Assembly (NCBI GenBank): GCA_963700285.1
Contig: CAVOXA010000001.1
Span: forward strand, 1,056,001 to 1,120,000
Direction: 5' to 3'
Length of the DNA stretch: 64,000 nt
Origin: an uncultured Chloroflexia bacterium
GTDB taxonomy: Bacteria; Chloroflexota; Anaerolineae; JAAYZQ01
Shown: in pieces, positions 1-12,593 of the stretch
How positions within the stretch are numbered: the stretch's first letter is position 1
Layout: each line of letters opens with the position of its first letter
Notes under the pieces: generated by a model
Databases searched by the model: none
Told to the model about the DNA's origin: nothing
What the model saw: only the letters and a program-made list of their open reading frames with translations
Made by a program: the position numbers and the translations under genes

Positions 1-2
1 GC

Positions 3-3000
3 GGCGCGCTGGAACACGCCCTGCGCGACGGCATCGCCCACGAGGTGCTGAACGCCAAGGAGCACACCCGCGAGGCGACCATCATCGCCCGCGCTGGCGA
101 GCCGGGGGCGGTGACCATCGCCACCAACATGGCCGGCCGTGGCGTGGACATCAAGCTGGGCGGCGAGCTGTCGGACGAGGTGATCCACCGGGCGCACCAG
201 GCGCTCCGGGCACGGGGGCTGGACCCCTTCAGCGCCACACCGGCCCAGATGGACAGCGCCATCGCCGAGGTGGCGCCCCAGTACGCCAAGCATCGCGAAC
301 AGGTGCTGGCGGCAGGCGGACTGCACGTCCTGGGCACCGAACGGCACGAGGCGCGGCGCATCGACAACCAGCTCCGGGGCCGCTCTGGGCGCCAGGGCGA
401 GCCCGGCTCCTCGCGCTTTTACCTTTCGCTGGAAGACGACCTGATGCGCCGCTTTGGCCGCAAGGAGATGCTGTCCAAGCTGATGGAGCAGATCGGCGAC
501 GACTTTCCCATCGAGCACAACCTGGTGAGCAAAACCATCGAGCGGGCGCAGACATCGGTCGAAGGCTACAACTTTGACATCCGCAAGCACCTGCTGGAGT
601 ACGACGACGTCCTGAACCGCCAGCGCGAGACGATCTATGAAGAGCGGCTGCGCATTCTCAAGAGCGACGATCTGCGGCCCGAGGTCTGGCGGATGCTCGA
701 ACGGCAGGTCGACGAGTACCTGGAAAAGTACGGCGAGGAGCCTGAGCAGCGCCGCCAGGTGTTTTCCGGCATGGACGATGTGGTGCCGCTGCTGCTGTCT
801 GTGCCCAACGGACCCTTTCAGGGTCCCCTCGCTTTCAGCAACCACCTCACTGCTTTCCCACCTTTTACCGTCAGCTTTCTTGCCGAGCAGTTTGCGGATG
901 GACCCTTGGAGGCAGTAGCCGAGACGCTCCGTGAGCTGGCCAACCGGGCCGCGGCCAGCTATGGCGAGCAGACGAGCCTCATGGTGGGCGAAATGGCTCA
1001 GGATGTCCTGGGCAAGTATGATGAGCAGCTTGAGTACTACCAGACGCTGCTTGACGAAAAAATCGCGGACTATGTGCAGGTGGCGGAGGAGCGGGGTGAG
1101 ATGCCAGATCTCCGCAGGCTGGCGCAGCACCTGGAGCGCACCTACCCCTTCAGACTCACCATGCCGCGAGGGCTCCAGCAAACGAGTCTGGACGACAACT
1201 CAGCGGAGCTTCGCGCTCACTGGCTGGCCGAGATCGAGGTAGAATTCCACCGCCAGATCTGCAACGGGTTCATGGACCGGACACAGATCCGGCTCCCCGC
1301 CGATGTCCAGCTAGACCGGCTGCGGCCTGCCCGGATTCCCGCTGCCAAATTGAGTGATGAGCTGCGACGCGTGCGCCAACTGGCCGCCAAGCAGCCCCGA
1401 GACGACGCTGGTCGCGAGCGGATGGATGCTTTGTCCCTTCCGGACAGCCCCGATGCCGCCCATGTATCGGACTTTGTGCGGGCGATCAAGGAGGCCAGCC
1501 GGCTCGACTATGGCCGGCTGGACCGCCTGGTGGGCCACGTACTGGGTGCCTACCTGGATGACTTGATGCGCCTCTACCTGGAGGCCGTGGGCGAAGGGGA
1601 GGGGCGCCTCCGGCGCGACTTGGAGGGCTTGCAGGCCTCTGTCGTTGAGGGCAAGAAAGGGAAGCGGGCCGCCGACCTGGTCGGTGTGCTGCGCCAGATG
1701 AACGATCTGGTTCACCTGGAGATCTCTGACCTGGAGCGCCTGCTGAGCCAGGCCCTGGCACACGAATACGACAAGTGGGCTCAGCGACAGTTGGCGGAGA
1801 TAGAGGCGGATGCCAGCCGGACGCCTCTCCAGGAAACCAGTTGGACGGGCATCGCCGAGCACATACTGGCTACTCATTACACCGAGCGGCAGGTCTACGA
1901 TCGCGCGCACCGGCGTCACTCTGCCTGGCTGCCGCGGTTGCCCCTTGGCTACATGGCCCAGAGCCAGGTGGAGGACATGGATGTTGACATGCTGCGCGGT
2001 GCGATCCTGGCCTCGCTACACTGGGTCCTGGAGCAACGAGAGCAGGTCTGGGGCCGCAAGGAGTTCCAGCGTTGGGAGCGCCTCTCAGCGGATGATCTGG
2101 ATGAAGGGATGCTTGAGGGTCTGACGCGCTATCTTGGCGAGCAACAACTGGGCGATCAGCGAGAGCTACCCGTGGAGGATCTGTCGTCTGATCTCTATGA
2201 TCGCTTGCGATTTGTGCTGGCCTTGCGCCGGTGGGAGGAACGCGACCTGCGCCTGGGCGGTCTTCCCCAGGCGGACAGACTTCTGGACCATCTGGGGCAG
2301 GCGCTGAAGGAAGAGATCCTCGCCACCCCCATCGGAGAGTTGGATGCCCAAGTGCAGGAGCGCATTGTCACCTATCTGCGCCAGGGCGGGTTCCTGGATG
2401 ACCAGACTCTGCGGACCAAGCTCGTGGGGCAGCACATTGGCAATTGGGATCCGCGAACCCAGGACGAAGTTGCTGGATTGCTGGGACAGGCGTTCATTGC
2501 TGAGCATGCTGAGAACTCCTTCATCGACCTTGATCCGGCTGCTCGTGACGTTGGTCTTGCCTATTTGCAGCGCCAGCGACGCTTTGTTGATGAGGCTTGC
2601 GTGCAACGTTTCCTGGTCTATGAGGGGCTGGGCGACCTGCCGCCTGAGACACAGGCGGCTGTGCTCTCCCAACTGTCCCGCTCCCGGCTGGATCGGGTTA
2701 GCCGGCGCAAGATTGCCAACTTGGATGTCAAGATCCGGCAGGAGGTGATCGGGTCGCTGCAGAGACAGGGTCTCTTTACCGACCAGCGCCGGCGCGAGGG
2801 GGTACTGTCAGAAGCAAGCTCCTTGCGTCATTTGGAGCCGGATGTGCGGTCAGGCTTTGGCGCCTTCCTGGCCCGCCAGGCACTAGGTGATGGGAGTCTG
2901 AATGACCTGGACGGAGATACCCGCGAGTACGTTCTGGCCCAGCTCAAACAAAGTGGGTTTCTTGTCGATCCTGCGCTGGAAAAGGGTCTGGAATCAAGAC

Positions 3001-4964
3001 GGCTTGGCGAGCTGGAGGCCGGAACCGACGGGAACCCCGATGGCTCTGCCGCAGCGCGGATCCGGGCTGACCTCGTGGCCGAGGCCCTCAGCGATCTGGC
3101 TGTCAAGACCATGGAAGAACTACCTGCCGAGATCCGCCAGTTGGTGCACGATGCGCTCGATGAGCGCAACTATTTTGTGGACCAGGAAAAAGTTGGCTGG
3201 TACGAGCGAAAGACGCTGGCCCAGCTCCCCATCGAGTCTATGCATGGCCTGGAGCAAAGCCTGGGGCAGGTCCGGCTGGCCGAGATCGCCGATATACCTT
3301 TCCGGGATCTGCCATCGGAGATGAAGCAATCGCTGCTGGACTTTTTTGACGGCGCCGGGCTACTGAGCGAGCGTGCCGGGCGCCTGCGCCTAACCCAGGC
3401 CGGCACGTTGCAGGAGCTTTCGGACGCGGACCGCGACGAGGTCGCCCGGTATCTGGGTCGGCAGTGGCTGGTCCAGATTCGCGATCAGCGTCCGCCTGCC
3501 CTGCCAGAGAGGGACTACGAGATCGTGTGGAGCTACCTGCGTGCTCAGGGCCAGTTTTCTGACGAGTTTAAGGAAGAGCTGTTTGCATACCAACGATTGA
3601 GTGAGTTCGATGAGGAGACCCGCGGGGCCATAGAGCGCGCTGTAGTGGACCGTCTCACCTCAACCCTACTCTCCCAGCCGATTGGCGACCTGCCGCCCGA
3701 TCTGCAGAACAGCATCCGGGAGCGGCTGGTTGTGTCCGACTATTTCGTTGACGCGGAGCGCCTGCACCAGCTAGAGACTGTGGCGTTGCAGAGCCTGCCC
3801 CCTGACCAGCGGCAGGCAGTGGAAGGAGCCCTGGGCGGATACATCCTCTCCGAACTGGAAGCCATGTCTATCGACGAGCTGTCGCCTGATACCCAGGCCG
3901 CGCTGTGGCGCTATCTGGACGAGGTGGGCTACCTGGTAGACGAGCGGACGCGCAGCAAGTACCTGGACCGCCCTCTGGCTGACCTGGGAAGTGATGTCTA
4001 CGATGCGGTAGTCTCTGACCTGGCTGCGGGCTTTGAAGAGGAGATCGGTGACCAGCCTGTCTCAGCGCTGGATGACAACCTTCGCCAGGGCCTGCGGGAG
4101 GCACTGGAGGCGATGGGCTTCTTTGAGAGCGATGAGGTTCGCGAACAGGTTCTTGCCCAGCCCCTGGGAACCCTGAGGCGGGAGGACCTGGAAACGCTTG
4201 CCACCGAGTTTGGCCGGATGCGGCTGGATGCCTGGACAGGCCAGCGCCTGAGCGATCTGCCGACGGAGGAGCGGGATGCGGTGCTCGCGTACCTTCAGGC
4301 CCGGGGCTGGTTCCTGGACCAGAATCGGCTCCAAAGCCTGCAATCACTGCGCCTGGGCGACTTGGATGGTTCAGCAGGGGTATTCCCGAATGGCCAGCCT
4401 ACTCCCGCCGGCCTACAGAGAGATCTGGCTGATACGCTCTGCCGCCAGCAGGTCGAGCAGCTACGCCGGCAGCGCCTCGCGACCCTTGATGGGGACGAGC
4501 GACGCACGGTCCTTGAAGTTCTGAGAGAGCAGGGGGCCGTACTGCCAGAGGACCAGATGCGTCCCCTACGGCGCAGGCGAGTCAGAGAGCTGGATCAGGA
4601 TACCTACCATGATCTGCTCCAAAGTCTGGGGGAGGATGTGGTGGACCAGTGGGGCTCGGTCCAGTTCCAGGAGCTTGAGGACGATCAGCAGTCGCTCCTC
4701 AGCGCCTACCTGGGGCGGCAGATTATGGGCCGTATCGAGAGCCGAGTGCTGTTGTACACCATCAGCCGTTTGTGGATCGGCTATCTGACCGACATTGAGG
4801 ATCTGCGCCGGGGCATTGGGCTGGAGGCCTATGGCCAGCGAGACCCGTTGGTGGAGTACAAACGCCGCGCCTTTGAGCTATTCGGGGAACTGGGGGACAA
4901 TATCCGGAGAACTGCGGTCCGCTCCCTGTTCCAACAGCCTCCACAACCGCTGCGCGGCCAGTGA
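3..4964 (+). CDS. secA: Preprotein translocase SecA-family ATPase (5'-truncated by the window) with a ~1,340-aa repeat-rich region in place of the helical wing domain
   Basis: Motifs [64 protein letters not shown], and C-terminal [27 protein letters not shown]. No SEC-C zinc tail. Confidence 0.95.
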   Translation, partial: GALEHALRDGIAHEVLNAKEHTREATIIARAGEPGAVTIATNMAGRGVDIKLGGELSDEVIHRAHQALRARGLDPFSATPAQMDSAIAEVAPQYAKHREQVLAAGGLHVLGTERHEARRIDNQLRGRSGRQGEPGSSRFYLSLEDDLMRRFGRKEMLSKLMEQIGDDFPIEHNLVSKTIERAQTSVEGYNFDIRKHLLEYDDVLNRQRETIYEERLRILKSDDLRPEVWRMLERQVDEYLEKYGEEPEQRRQVFSGMDDVVPLLLSVPNGPFQGPLAFSNHLTAFPPFTVSFLAEQFADGPLEAVAETLRELANRAAASYGEQTSLMVGEMAQDVLGKYDEQLEYYQTLLDEKIADYVQVAEERGEMPDLRRLAQHLERTYPFRLTMPRGLQQTSLDDNSAELRAHWLAEIEVEFHRQICNGFMDRTQIRLPADVQLDRLRPARIPAAKLSDELRRVRQLAAKQPRDDAGRERMDALSLPDSPDAAHVSDFVRAIKEASRLDYGRLDRLVGHVLGAYLDDLMRLYLEAVGEGEGRLRRDLEGLQASVVEGKKGKRAADLVGVLRQMNDLVHLEISDLERLLSQALAHEYDKWAQRQLAEIEADASRTPLQETSWTGIAEHILATHYTERQVYDRAHRRHSAWLPRLPLGYMAQSQVEDMDVDMLRGAILASLHWVLEQREQVWGRKEFQRWERLSADDLDEGMLEGLTRYLGEQQLGDQRELPVEDLSSDLYDRLRFVLALRRWEERDLRLGGLPQADRLLDHLGQALKEEILATPIGELDAQVQERIVTYLRQGGFLDDQTLRTKLVGQHIGNWDPRTQDEVAGLLGQAFIAEHAENSFIDLDPAARDVGLAYLQRQRRFVDEACVQRFLVYEGLGDLPPETQAAVLSQLSRSRLDRVSRRKIANLDVKIRQEVIGSLQRQGLFTDQRRREGVLSEASSLRHLEPDVRSGFGAFLARQALGDGSLNDLDGDTREYVLAQLKQSGFLVDPALEKGLESRRLGELEAGTDGNPDGSAAARIRADLVAEALSDLAVKTMEELPAEIRQLVHDALDERNYFVDQEKVGWYERKTLAQLPIESMHGLEQSLGQVRLAEIADIPFRDLPSEMKQSLLDFFDGAGLLSERAGRLRLTQAGTLQELSDADRDEVARYLGRQWLVQIRDQRPPALPERDYEIVWSYLRAQGQFSDEFKEELFAYQRLSEFDEETRGAIERAVVDRLTSTLLSQPIGDLPPDLQNSIRERLVVSDYFVDAERLHQLETVALQSLPPDQRQAVEGALGGYILSELEAMSIDELSPDTQAALWRYLDEVGYLVDERTRSKYLDRPLADLGSDVYDAVVSDLAAGFEEEIGDQPVSALDDNLRQGLREALEAMGFFESDEVREQVLAQPLGTLRREDLETLATEFGRMRLDAWTGQRLSDLPTEERDAVLAYLQARGWFLDQNRLQSLQSLRLGDLDGSAGVFPNGQPTPAGLQRDLADTLCRQQVEQLRRQRLATLDGDERRTVLEVLREQGAVLPEDQMRPLRRRRVRELDQDTYHDLLQSLGEDVVDQWGSVQFQELEDDQQSLLSAYLGRQIMGRIESRVLLYTISRLWIGYLTDIEDLRRGIGLEAYGQRDPLVEYKRRAFELFGELGDNIRRTAVRSLFQQPPQPLRGQ
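2331..4730 (+). repeat. Tandem ~63-aa protein repeat array within SecA (12 full units plus 1 partial)
   Basis: Unit starts at nt 2331, 2520, 2712, 2898, 3111, 3300, 3492, 3681, 3870, 4059, 4248, 4476 and 4665, mostly 189 nt apart. Consensus approximately hxxL(P/D)x6hxxxLxxxG(Y/F)(F/L)xD. Confidence 0.9.
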
Positions 4965-5013
4965 TCGTGTACGTCGAGTTGATTCGGTAGCCGATGGTCA
5001 ATTGGAGGGCAAC

Positions 5014-5916
5014 ATGGCGATAGCGACGTTCGCGGAGCTGCTGGACGTAGCCAGGTCCAAGGGACCCAAAACGGTGGCTGTCGCGGCCGGCCACCAATCA
5101 GAGATCATGCTGGCCGGTCTTGATGCCGAAATGGCTGGCCTGGCCGAAGTCATTCTGGTGGGCGACAGCGACATGATCCGCCAGATTGCGGTCCAGCAAG
5201 GCTTTGACATCTCGCGCATGGAGGTGATCCACCAATCCCAACCGAGCGAGGCCGCCTGGCAGGTGATGAAACTGGTCAGCGATGGACAGGCTGACATTGC
5301 CATGAAAGGCAGGGTCGAGACCAGTGACTTTTTGCGCGCCGCTCTGAGCAAGGAGTTGGGACTGCGAACCGGACGTCTGTTCACCCACGTTGCGGTCTTT
5401 GAGATCCCCGGCTTTGATCGGCTGATCTTTATCAGTGATGCCGGGGTTGTCGTTGCGCCGGACCTGGAGCAGAAGGTTCAGATCGTGCAGAACGCCATCG
5501 ACGTGGCCCACAGGCTGCGGATCGACCTGCCCCGGGTCGCTGTTCTTGCCGCCACTGAGGTGGTGAACCCCAAGATCCCAACGACCCTGGATGCGGCCAA
5601 CCTGTCAAAGATGGCGGATCGGGGCCAGATCAAAGGCGGGCTGGTAGACGGGCCCCTGGCGCTGGACAACGCCATCTCGCCCGAATCGGCGCGGATCAAA
5701 GGCATCAAGAGCGAGGTCGCGGGCTATGCCGACATCCTCATCGCACCGGATATCGAGGCCGGCAATGTGCTGGCCAAGGCCATCACCTACTTTGCCCAGG
5801 GCAAGATGGCAGGAGTTGTCGTGGGCGCTCGTTGTCCTCTGATTCTGCCCTCTCGGTCGGACACACGTGAGGCCAAGCTGGTCTCACTGGCGCTGGGGGT
5901 CATGCTGGCCCCGTGA
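5014..5916 (+). CDS. ptb: Phosphate butyryl/acetyltransferase (PTA/PTB family)
   Basis: MKGRVETSDFLRAAL, DGPLALDNAIS, ADILIAPDIEAGNVLAK, SRSD; RBS GGAGGG upstream. Confidence 0.9.
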   Translation: MAIATFAELLDVARSKGPKTVAVAAGHQSEIMLAGLDAEMAGLAEVILVGDSDMIRQIAVQQGFDISRMEVIHQSQPSEAAWQVMKLVSDGQADIAMKGRVETSDFLRAALSKELGLRTGRLFTHVAVFEIPGFDRLIFISDAGVVVAPDLEQKVQIVQNAIDVAHRLRIDLPRVAVLAATEVVNPKIPTTLDAANLSKMADRGQIKGGLVDGPLALDNAISPESARIKGIKSEVAGYADILIAPDIEAGNVLAKAITYFAQGKMAGVVVGARCPLILPSRSDTREAKLVSLALGVMLAP

Positions 5917-6786
5917 AGGAGTCGCCGTGCCCTGGCAGCTCGGTTCGGCCGAACTCAGGCGGTTCGGGCCTGCTCGACCCAGGTGGATCGCTGCCGCTCA
6001 ACTCGGGAGTTACGATCTTTACCGGGCGTTTTGGCAGCGGCAAGACCGAGACGGCCATCAACTATACCCTTATGCTGGTGGAGGGTTCAGTACTGGGTGC
6101 TCCGGGCCGGGTATCTCCGGTCAGCCAGCTATCAAACCAGCAGCCTCGGCGCTTGCCCGGCGCCTTGCTGATCGACTTGGACATTGTGACTCCCTATTTT
6201 CGCTCGCGAGAATTGGCTGAGGCGATGCTGGAAGCGGGGGTGTCCGTGATCACGCCATCTGTCGATCGGCCAGCACCTGGACATGCCCGCCATCACGCCC
6301 GAGATTCTGGGGGCCATCCAGCAGTTCGAGCTGCCGGTGGTTTTGGACGTGGGCGGCGACCGGCAGGGCGCCCGGGCGCTGGGACAGTTTAGCGCAGCCA
6401 TCGGCATGCATCGTCACGGGCGCGGTGTACGCATGCACTTTGTGGTGAACCCCTACCGGCCCTTCACCGACACGCTGGATGGACTGGCCGACTCCATCGC
6501 CGAGATTGAGGCCAGCTCCCGCCTGCAGATCACCAGCCTGGTCAGCAACCCCAACCTGATGCATGAGACGACGGCTGCAACCATCATCGAGGGTCACGCA
6601 GAGATCAAAGAATTCGCGAGGGCATTGGGATTACCCATCGCTTTTGTTTGTGTCGAGCGCCGCTGGACTACTCAGCCGGGAGCCCATAAGCAAACGAGTT
6701 CCGTCTTGTCCCACTTGACCCAGCCAGTGCTGGTTCTGGATCGCCATTTCGTCCATGCCCTGGGAGTAGGGAGAAGCCGCCGGTGA
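5913..6786 (+). CDS. P-loop NTPase (MinD/CobQ-like hypothetical often found beside ptb/vor genes); frameshift near 6265
   Basis: GRFGSGKTETAIN Walker A and DLDIVTPYFRSRE, continuing in another frame as DMPAITP, VVLDVGGD, VVNPYRPFT. Confidence 0.75.
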
Positions 6787-6811
6787 GGGCAGAAAGCTGA
6801 GAGAAGGGAAT

Positions 6812-7717
6812 ATGACCATTCGCAACTTTGCGCAGCTGATGGCAATGGCTATGACCGTGCTCCAAAGCGCGTGGCCATCGTCGGTGGTGGCCAGCGACAG
6901 ACCCTGCACGCCGTGCGCCTGGCGCGTGCCATGGGTTTGGCGGACTGCATCCTGATCGACGATCGCACTCGTCTCAACGACATCGCCGGGGAACAGGGCA
7001 TCGAGCTTGCGGGCATGGAGATCGTCGAGGAAGGCGATATGGTTGAGGCCGCCTACAAGGCTGTGGCGATGATCCACGCCGACGAGGCCGATCTGGTGAT
7101 GAATGGCCGGGCGCTGCCGGTGGAGTTGATGCAGGCAGCCCTCGATCGGCGAAAAGGGGTTGCGCATCGGCAAGGTGATCAGCGACGTGAGCGTCTTCGA
7201 GATCCCCGACTTTGACCGGCTGATCTTTGTCAGCGACGTGGCCATTATCGTCTCGCCCACTCTGGCGCAAAAGGTGGCCATCGTGCAGAATGCCATCGAC
7301 ACGGCCATCGAGCTGGGCATCGATCGAGCCCAAGGTGGCCATCCTGGCCGCCACCGAGATGGTCAACCCCGAGATGCCGGCCAACATGGATGCCGCCAAC
7401 CTGTCCAAGATGGCCGAGCGGGGCCAGATCCGGGGTGGCTTCGTGGATGGGCCACTGGCGTTGGACAATGCCATTTCGCTCAAAGGCCGCGGAGATGAAG
7501 GGCATCAACAGCCCGAGTCGCTGGCCACGCCGACATCCTGATCACTCCCGACGTGGAATCGGGCAACATCCTGGCCAAGGCCATCTCCTATTTTGCCCAG
7601 GGCCACATGGCCGGCGTCGTGGTGGGCGCCAAGTGCCCCATCGTCATGCCTTCGCGCTCCGATCCACCGGAGCAAAAGATGCTGTCCCTGGCTCTGGGTG
7701 TGTACCTGTCCAGGTAG
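6812..7717 (+). CDS. ptb: Second phosphate acyltransferase paralog (several frameshifts)
   Basis: Fragments across frames: VFEIPDFDRLIFVSD, KVAILAATEMVNP, DGPLALDNAIS, DVESGNILAK, MPSRSD. Confidence 0.8.
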
Positions 7718-7794
7718 GTCAAATTGGCAATCGCGCAGAGTGGCAGAACCGCAGGAGCGCATCGGCAGCGTACTGCCCAAGGAGCTTGCAGACC

Positions 7795-8030
7795 ATGAGC
7801 CATATCGTCATCGATCGAGGATCGATGCAAGGGCTGCGAACTGTGCACGACGGTCTGCCCACAGGGCGATCTGGTGCAGATGGCCAACCACTTTAACGTC
7901 AAGGGGTACCGGCCCTTCGGTCTTTGTCGATCCGGACGCACGCTGCACCGGCTGCACGCTGTGCGCCATGATGTGTCCGGATATGGTCATCACTGTGTAC
8001 CGGACACCCAAGAAAGAAGCGGCAGATGTG
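7795..8030 (+). CDS. 2x[4Fe-4S] ferredoxin, delta subunit of 2-oxoacid:ferredoxin oxidoreductase (frameshifted; end approximate)
   Basis: CKGCELCTTVCP (across a frameshift) and CTGCTLCAMMCPD motifs. Confidence 0.8.
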
Positions 8031-8110
8031 ACGCGCTGTAACTGGTACAGCCTCGTGGTACGCGCTGAGCAGGGTTCGTTGCGTAGGTATCTGTGGAAAG
8101 GATGGAAGCC

Positions 8111-9281
8111 ATGAAAGTACTGATGAAAGGCAACGAAGCCATCGCCGAGGCCGCCATCCGCGCCGGCTGCGAGGCCTATTTTGGCTATCCCATCACCCCC
8201 CAGACCGAGGTACTGGAGTATATGTCGCGCCGGATGCCAGAGCTGGGCCGGGCCTTTGTCCAGGCCGAGAGCGAGCTGGGCGCCATCAACATGGTCTACG
8301 GCGCGGCCTGCACCGGCGCCCGGGTGATGACCACCACCTCCAGCCCTGGCTACAGCCTGATGCAGGAGGGCATCTCCTACATCGCCATGTCCTTTGTGCC
8401 CGTGCGTCATCGTCAACATCATGCGCGGTGGCCCGGGCCTGGGCAATATCCAGCCCGCCCAGGGCGACTATTTCCAGATGACCAAGGGCGGCGGTCACGG
8501 CGACTATAACCTCATCGTCCTGGCGCCCTCGACGGTGCAGGAGACGGTGGACCTGGTCATCGAGGCCTTTGATCTGGCCGACAAGTACCTCCAGCCGGTG
8601 ACCGTCATTGCCGACGGCATGATCGGCCAGATCATGGAGCCGGTCGAGTTCCCAGAGACTGGCAAGAGCCAGAGCGGCCAGAGCATCCCTGGGCACTGAC
8701 CGGCGCCAAGGGCCGCGAGCAAGAACGTCATCACCTCTCTGTTTCTGGGCGCCCAGAATCTGGAGCGGGAGAACCTCAAGCTCCAGCAGATCATCGCAGA
8801 GATCAGGGCCAACGAGGTTCGCTACGCCGAGTACATGATGGACGGCGCCGAGATCGTGGTCGTGGCCTACGGCACGGCCGGGCGCATCGTCCAGACAGCG
8901 GTCAAGCAGGCGCGGGCCGAGGGCATTCCGGTCGGCCTCTTCCGGCCCATCTCCATGTTCCCCTTCCCCTACGACCGCCTGGACGAGATTGCCCAGGCAG
9001 TCACGACAATATCCTGGTGGTGGAGCTGAGCGCCGGCCAGATGATCGAGGATGTGCGGCTGGCTACCCAATGGCCGCGTACCCATCTCCTTCTATGGCAA
9101 GATGGGCGGCATCGTGCCCCTGCCCGAGGATGTCCTGGAGGAGATCAGCAAGCTGGCTGAAGACCCGACGAGCGTTGCTGGAAGGCCACAACTGTCCAGC
9201 CCAGCGCTTGCACTTTCTGGCAGTGAGCTGGAGCCGCTCAGGCTGGTACCATGGAGGAGTAGCCATGACACAAGAAGCTGA
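8111..9281 (+). CDS. 2-oxoacid:ferredoxin oxidoreductase alpha subunit (Vor/Kor type; frameshifted)
   Basis: [64 protein letters not shown]. Confidence 0.9.
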
Positions 9282-10079
9282 ACTGGTCTTTGACCGACCC
9301 GAGTCCCTGTCGGACGTGGTGACCCACTACTGCCCTGGCTGCATCCACGGCATCGTCCACCGGCTGATCGCCGAGGTGATGGACGAACTGGGCATCCGCG
9401 AGCGGACGGTGGGCATCGCGCCGGTGGGCTGCTCGGTGCTGGCCTACAACTACTTTGAGTGCGACTTTGCCGAGGCAGCCCACGGCCGGGCGCCGGCCAT
9501 GGCCACCGGCATCAAGCGCGCCAATCCCGATCTGATCGTCTTTACCTACCAGGGCGACGGCGACCTGGCCTCCATCGGCACCAACGAACTGATCCACGCG
9601 GCCGCCCGGGGCGAGAACATCACCACCGTCTTTATCAACAACGCCGTGTATGGCATGACCGGCGGGCAGATGGCGCCGACGACCCTGCCCGGCATGGTCA
9701 CCACCTCGTCGCCCTACGGCCGCGACGTCAAGACCCAGGGCTATCCGGTCCGCGTCTGCGAGTTGGTCTCCCAGCTGGATGGAGCTGCCTATATCGTGCG
9801 GCGCACGGCCCACAAACCGGCCGAGGTGCGCAAGCTGCGCAAGGCGCTCAAGACCGCCTTCCAGGTGCAGATGGCCGGGCTGGGCTTCTCGCTGGTCGAG
9901 GTGTTGTCCAACTGCCCCACCAACTGGGGCATGACGCCCAAGGAATCGCTCAAGTTCGTCGAGGAGCGGATGGTTCCCTACTATCCCCTGGGCGACTACA
10001 AGGTCGTTGAGGGCAGTCAAGAACCTTTCGAAATCGCTAGCTGCGAGCCCAGTCGCCGCTTGCGATTGAGGAGCAGACC

Positions 10080-10095
<16 letters not shown>
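9265..10095 (+). CDS. 2-oxoacid:ferredoxin oxidoreductase beta (TPP-binding) subunit
   Basis: [43 protein letters not shown]. Confidence 0.92.
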
Positions 10096-10660
<565 letters not shown>

Positions 10661-10719
10661 CGGGGGGCGCTGGGAGTCCGAGATCCCTCAGGCTTTTGAG
10701 CAAGCTAGGGAGAAGAGTT

Positions 10720-11584
10720 GTGCAATTTGGTAATGTGAGATCTACCCGTGGTTTCCGATGGTACCTACTGGGAGGATGGGGGCGGCTTGTTTGGGCTGGT
10801 TCCCAAAGGCACTGTGGGAACTGGTCGAGGCGCCTGACGAACGGAACCACCTGCTCTTTCAGACGTGGTGCCTGCTGATCGAGACCGAGATCTCAGCGCA
10901 TTCTGGTAGACACCGGCTACGGGGACAAGCTGTCCGAGAAGGAACGGAGATACATGAGCCTCGACGGCGAGCGCCGTCTGCTGGGAAACCTGGACGCCCT
11001 GGGCATTGGGGAAATGGAGATCGACCTGGTGATCAACACCCACCTCCACGGCGATCACTGCGGCGGCAACACCGTCTGCGCTGGGGATGGTGGGCTTGTC
11101 CCAGCCTTCTCAAGCGCCACCTACTGCGTTCAGCGGCTGGAGCTGGCCGATGCCATGTTCCCAAACGAGCGGACCCGGGCGACCTATCACCGGGAGAACT
11201 TTGAGCCGCTGGAACGGGCTGGGCAACTGCGCGTTCTCTGGGGCGACACTCGGCTTACCGACGAGGTTCGCGTGGTGGTCACGCCGGGCCACACGCGGGC
11301 TCACCAGTGTGTCATCGTCGAAAGCGGGGGCCAGACAGCGATGTTTTTGGGGGACGTGGCCTCCTGGCCCATCCACATGGAGCGGCTGGCCTGGGTAGCC
11401 AGCCTATGACGTAGAACCGATGGTCAGCATCGAGACCAAGCGAAGCCTGGCGCGTTGGGCTGTCGATGACCAAGTGCTGCTCATCTTTGAGCACCATCCC
11501 GAGATCGTGGCAGGCTACCTGCACGCCACGGAGCGACCGGATCGTTTCCGGTTGGACCCGGTGGACATCTTGGGCCCTTCCTAG
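10720..11584 (+). CDS. MBL-fold metallo-hydrolase (YtnP-like; frameshifted)
   Basis: [29 protein letters not shown]. Confidence 0.85.
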
Positions 11585-11703
11585 ATGCCGGTTCCCGGTA
11601 TCACACCAAGCTTGATGTCCCACGGGGACGGGGCGGGGGAGGCACGAGTGGCAGGGCCAGGGTGCGGCGGACCACCAACCTCCCGCGCTGATTTCAAGCT
11701 GCG

Positions 11704-12519
11704 CTATTGCTGGCAGCGAGGACAGTAGTGCGTGGATCTCCCCCCGAGGACGATCCGCTCGATGGCCGAGCCACATACAAGGCAGGGCTTTCCCGTCCGG
11801 CCATAGACGGTGACCTGATCCTGGTAGGTGCCGGCCTCGCCCCTGGCATCGAGGAACCCGCCGTCGTCCAGGGTCGTGCCCCGGCCCTCAACGGCGCGTC
11901 CCAGCACTGCGCGTATCGCCTGGTACAGCCGGGCTTGCTCCTCTGGGGTTAGCGAATCGGCCTTCCTCAGCGGATGGAGACCGGCGGCAAAGAGTGTTTC
12001 ATCGGCATAGATGTTGCCCAGCCCGGCGAGAAACTCCTGGTTCAACAGCAGCGGCTTGAGCCGGCCTTTGCGCCGTGCCAGCAGCCGGCGGAAATCGTCC
12101 ACTGCGAAATCACCGGCCAGGGGCTCAGGGCCCAGCCCTCCCGTAATCTGCGTTGGATCGCTCACCAGATAAACGCGTCCGAACTTGCGCACATCGTGAA
12201 AGCAGAGCTGTTGCCCATTGTCCAGGTCAAATACTGTGTGCGCGTGCTTGTCAAGCGGCTTGCCGGAGGGCTCAACTTGCAGGCGGCCGCTCATCTTGAG
12301 GTGGATTAGCAGGGCCCCTTGGTCCAGGTTGACGACCACGAACTTGCCGCGCCGGCTGACAGATGCAATCCGTCGCCCAACGATCTGCTTCTCGAACTGG
12401 GCCACGCTGGGGAAAGCGATGGTCCTCGGCCAGCGCACAGTTGCGCCGGTGAAGGTTTGACCCACCAGCGGCCCGACCAATCCCCGGGCCACGGTTTCGA
12501 CCTCAGGGAGTTCGGGCAT
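11704..12519 (-). CDS. mutM: Formamidopyrimidine-DNA glycosylase/AP lyase
   Basis: N-terminal MPELPEVE, HLKMSG, GLGNIYADE, C-terminal zinc finger. Confidence 0.97.
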   Translation of the reverse strand: MPELPEVETVARGLVGPLVGQTFTGATVRWPRTIAFPSVAQFEKQIVGRRIASVSRRGKFVVVNLDQGALLIHLKMSGRLQVEPSGKPLDKHAHTVFDLDNGQQLCFHDVRKFGRVYLVSDPTQITGGLGPEPLAGDFAVDDFRRLLARRKGRLKPLLLNQEFLAGLGNIYADETLFAAGLHPLRKADSLTPEEQARLYQAIRAVLGRAVEGRGTTLDDGGFLDARGEAGTYQDQVTVYGRTGKPCLVCGSAIERIVLGGRSTHYCPRCQQ

Positions 12520-12593
12520 TCTTCTGCCGCCTTTGCTCTCCGAATGTTCTCAGAATGTTCATCAATTCACTTCAAGGGGACTGGCGCAAAGTC

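Noticed and set aside
720-4730. Intein or mobile insertion in SecA
   Set aside because: No C/S...HN splice motifs, no homing endonuclease motifs and no terminal repeats; it is a helical repeat expansion
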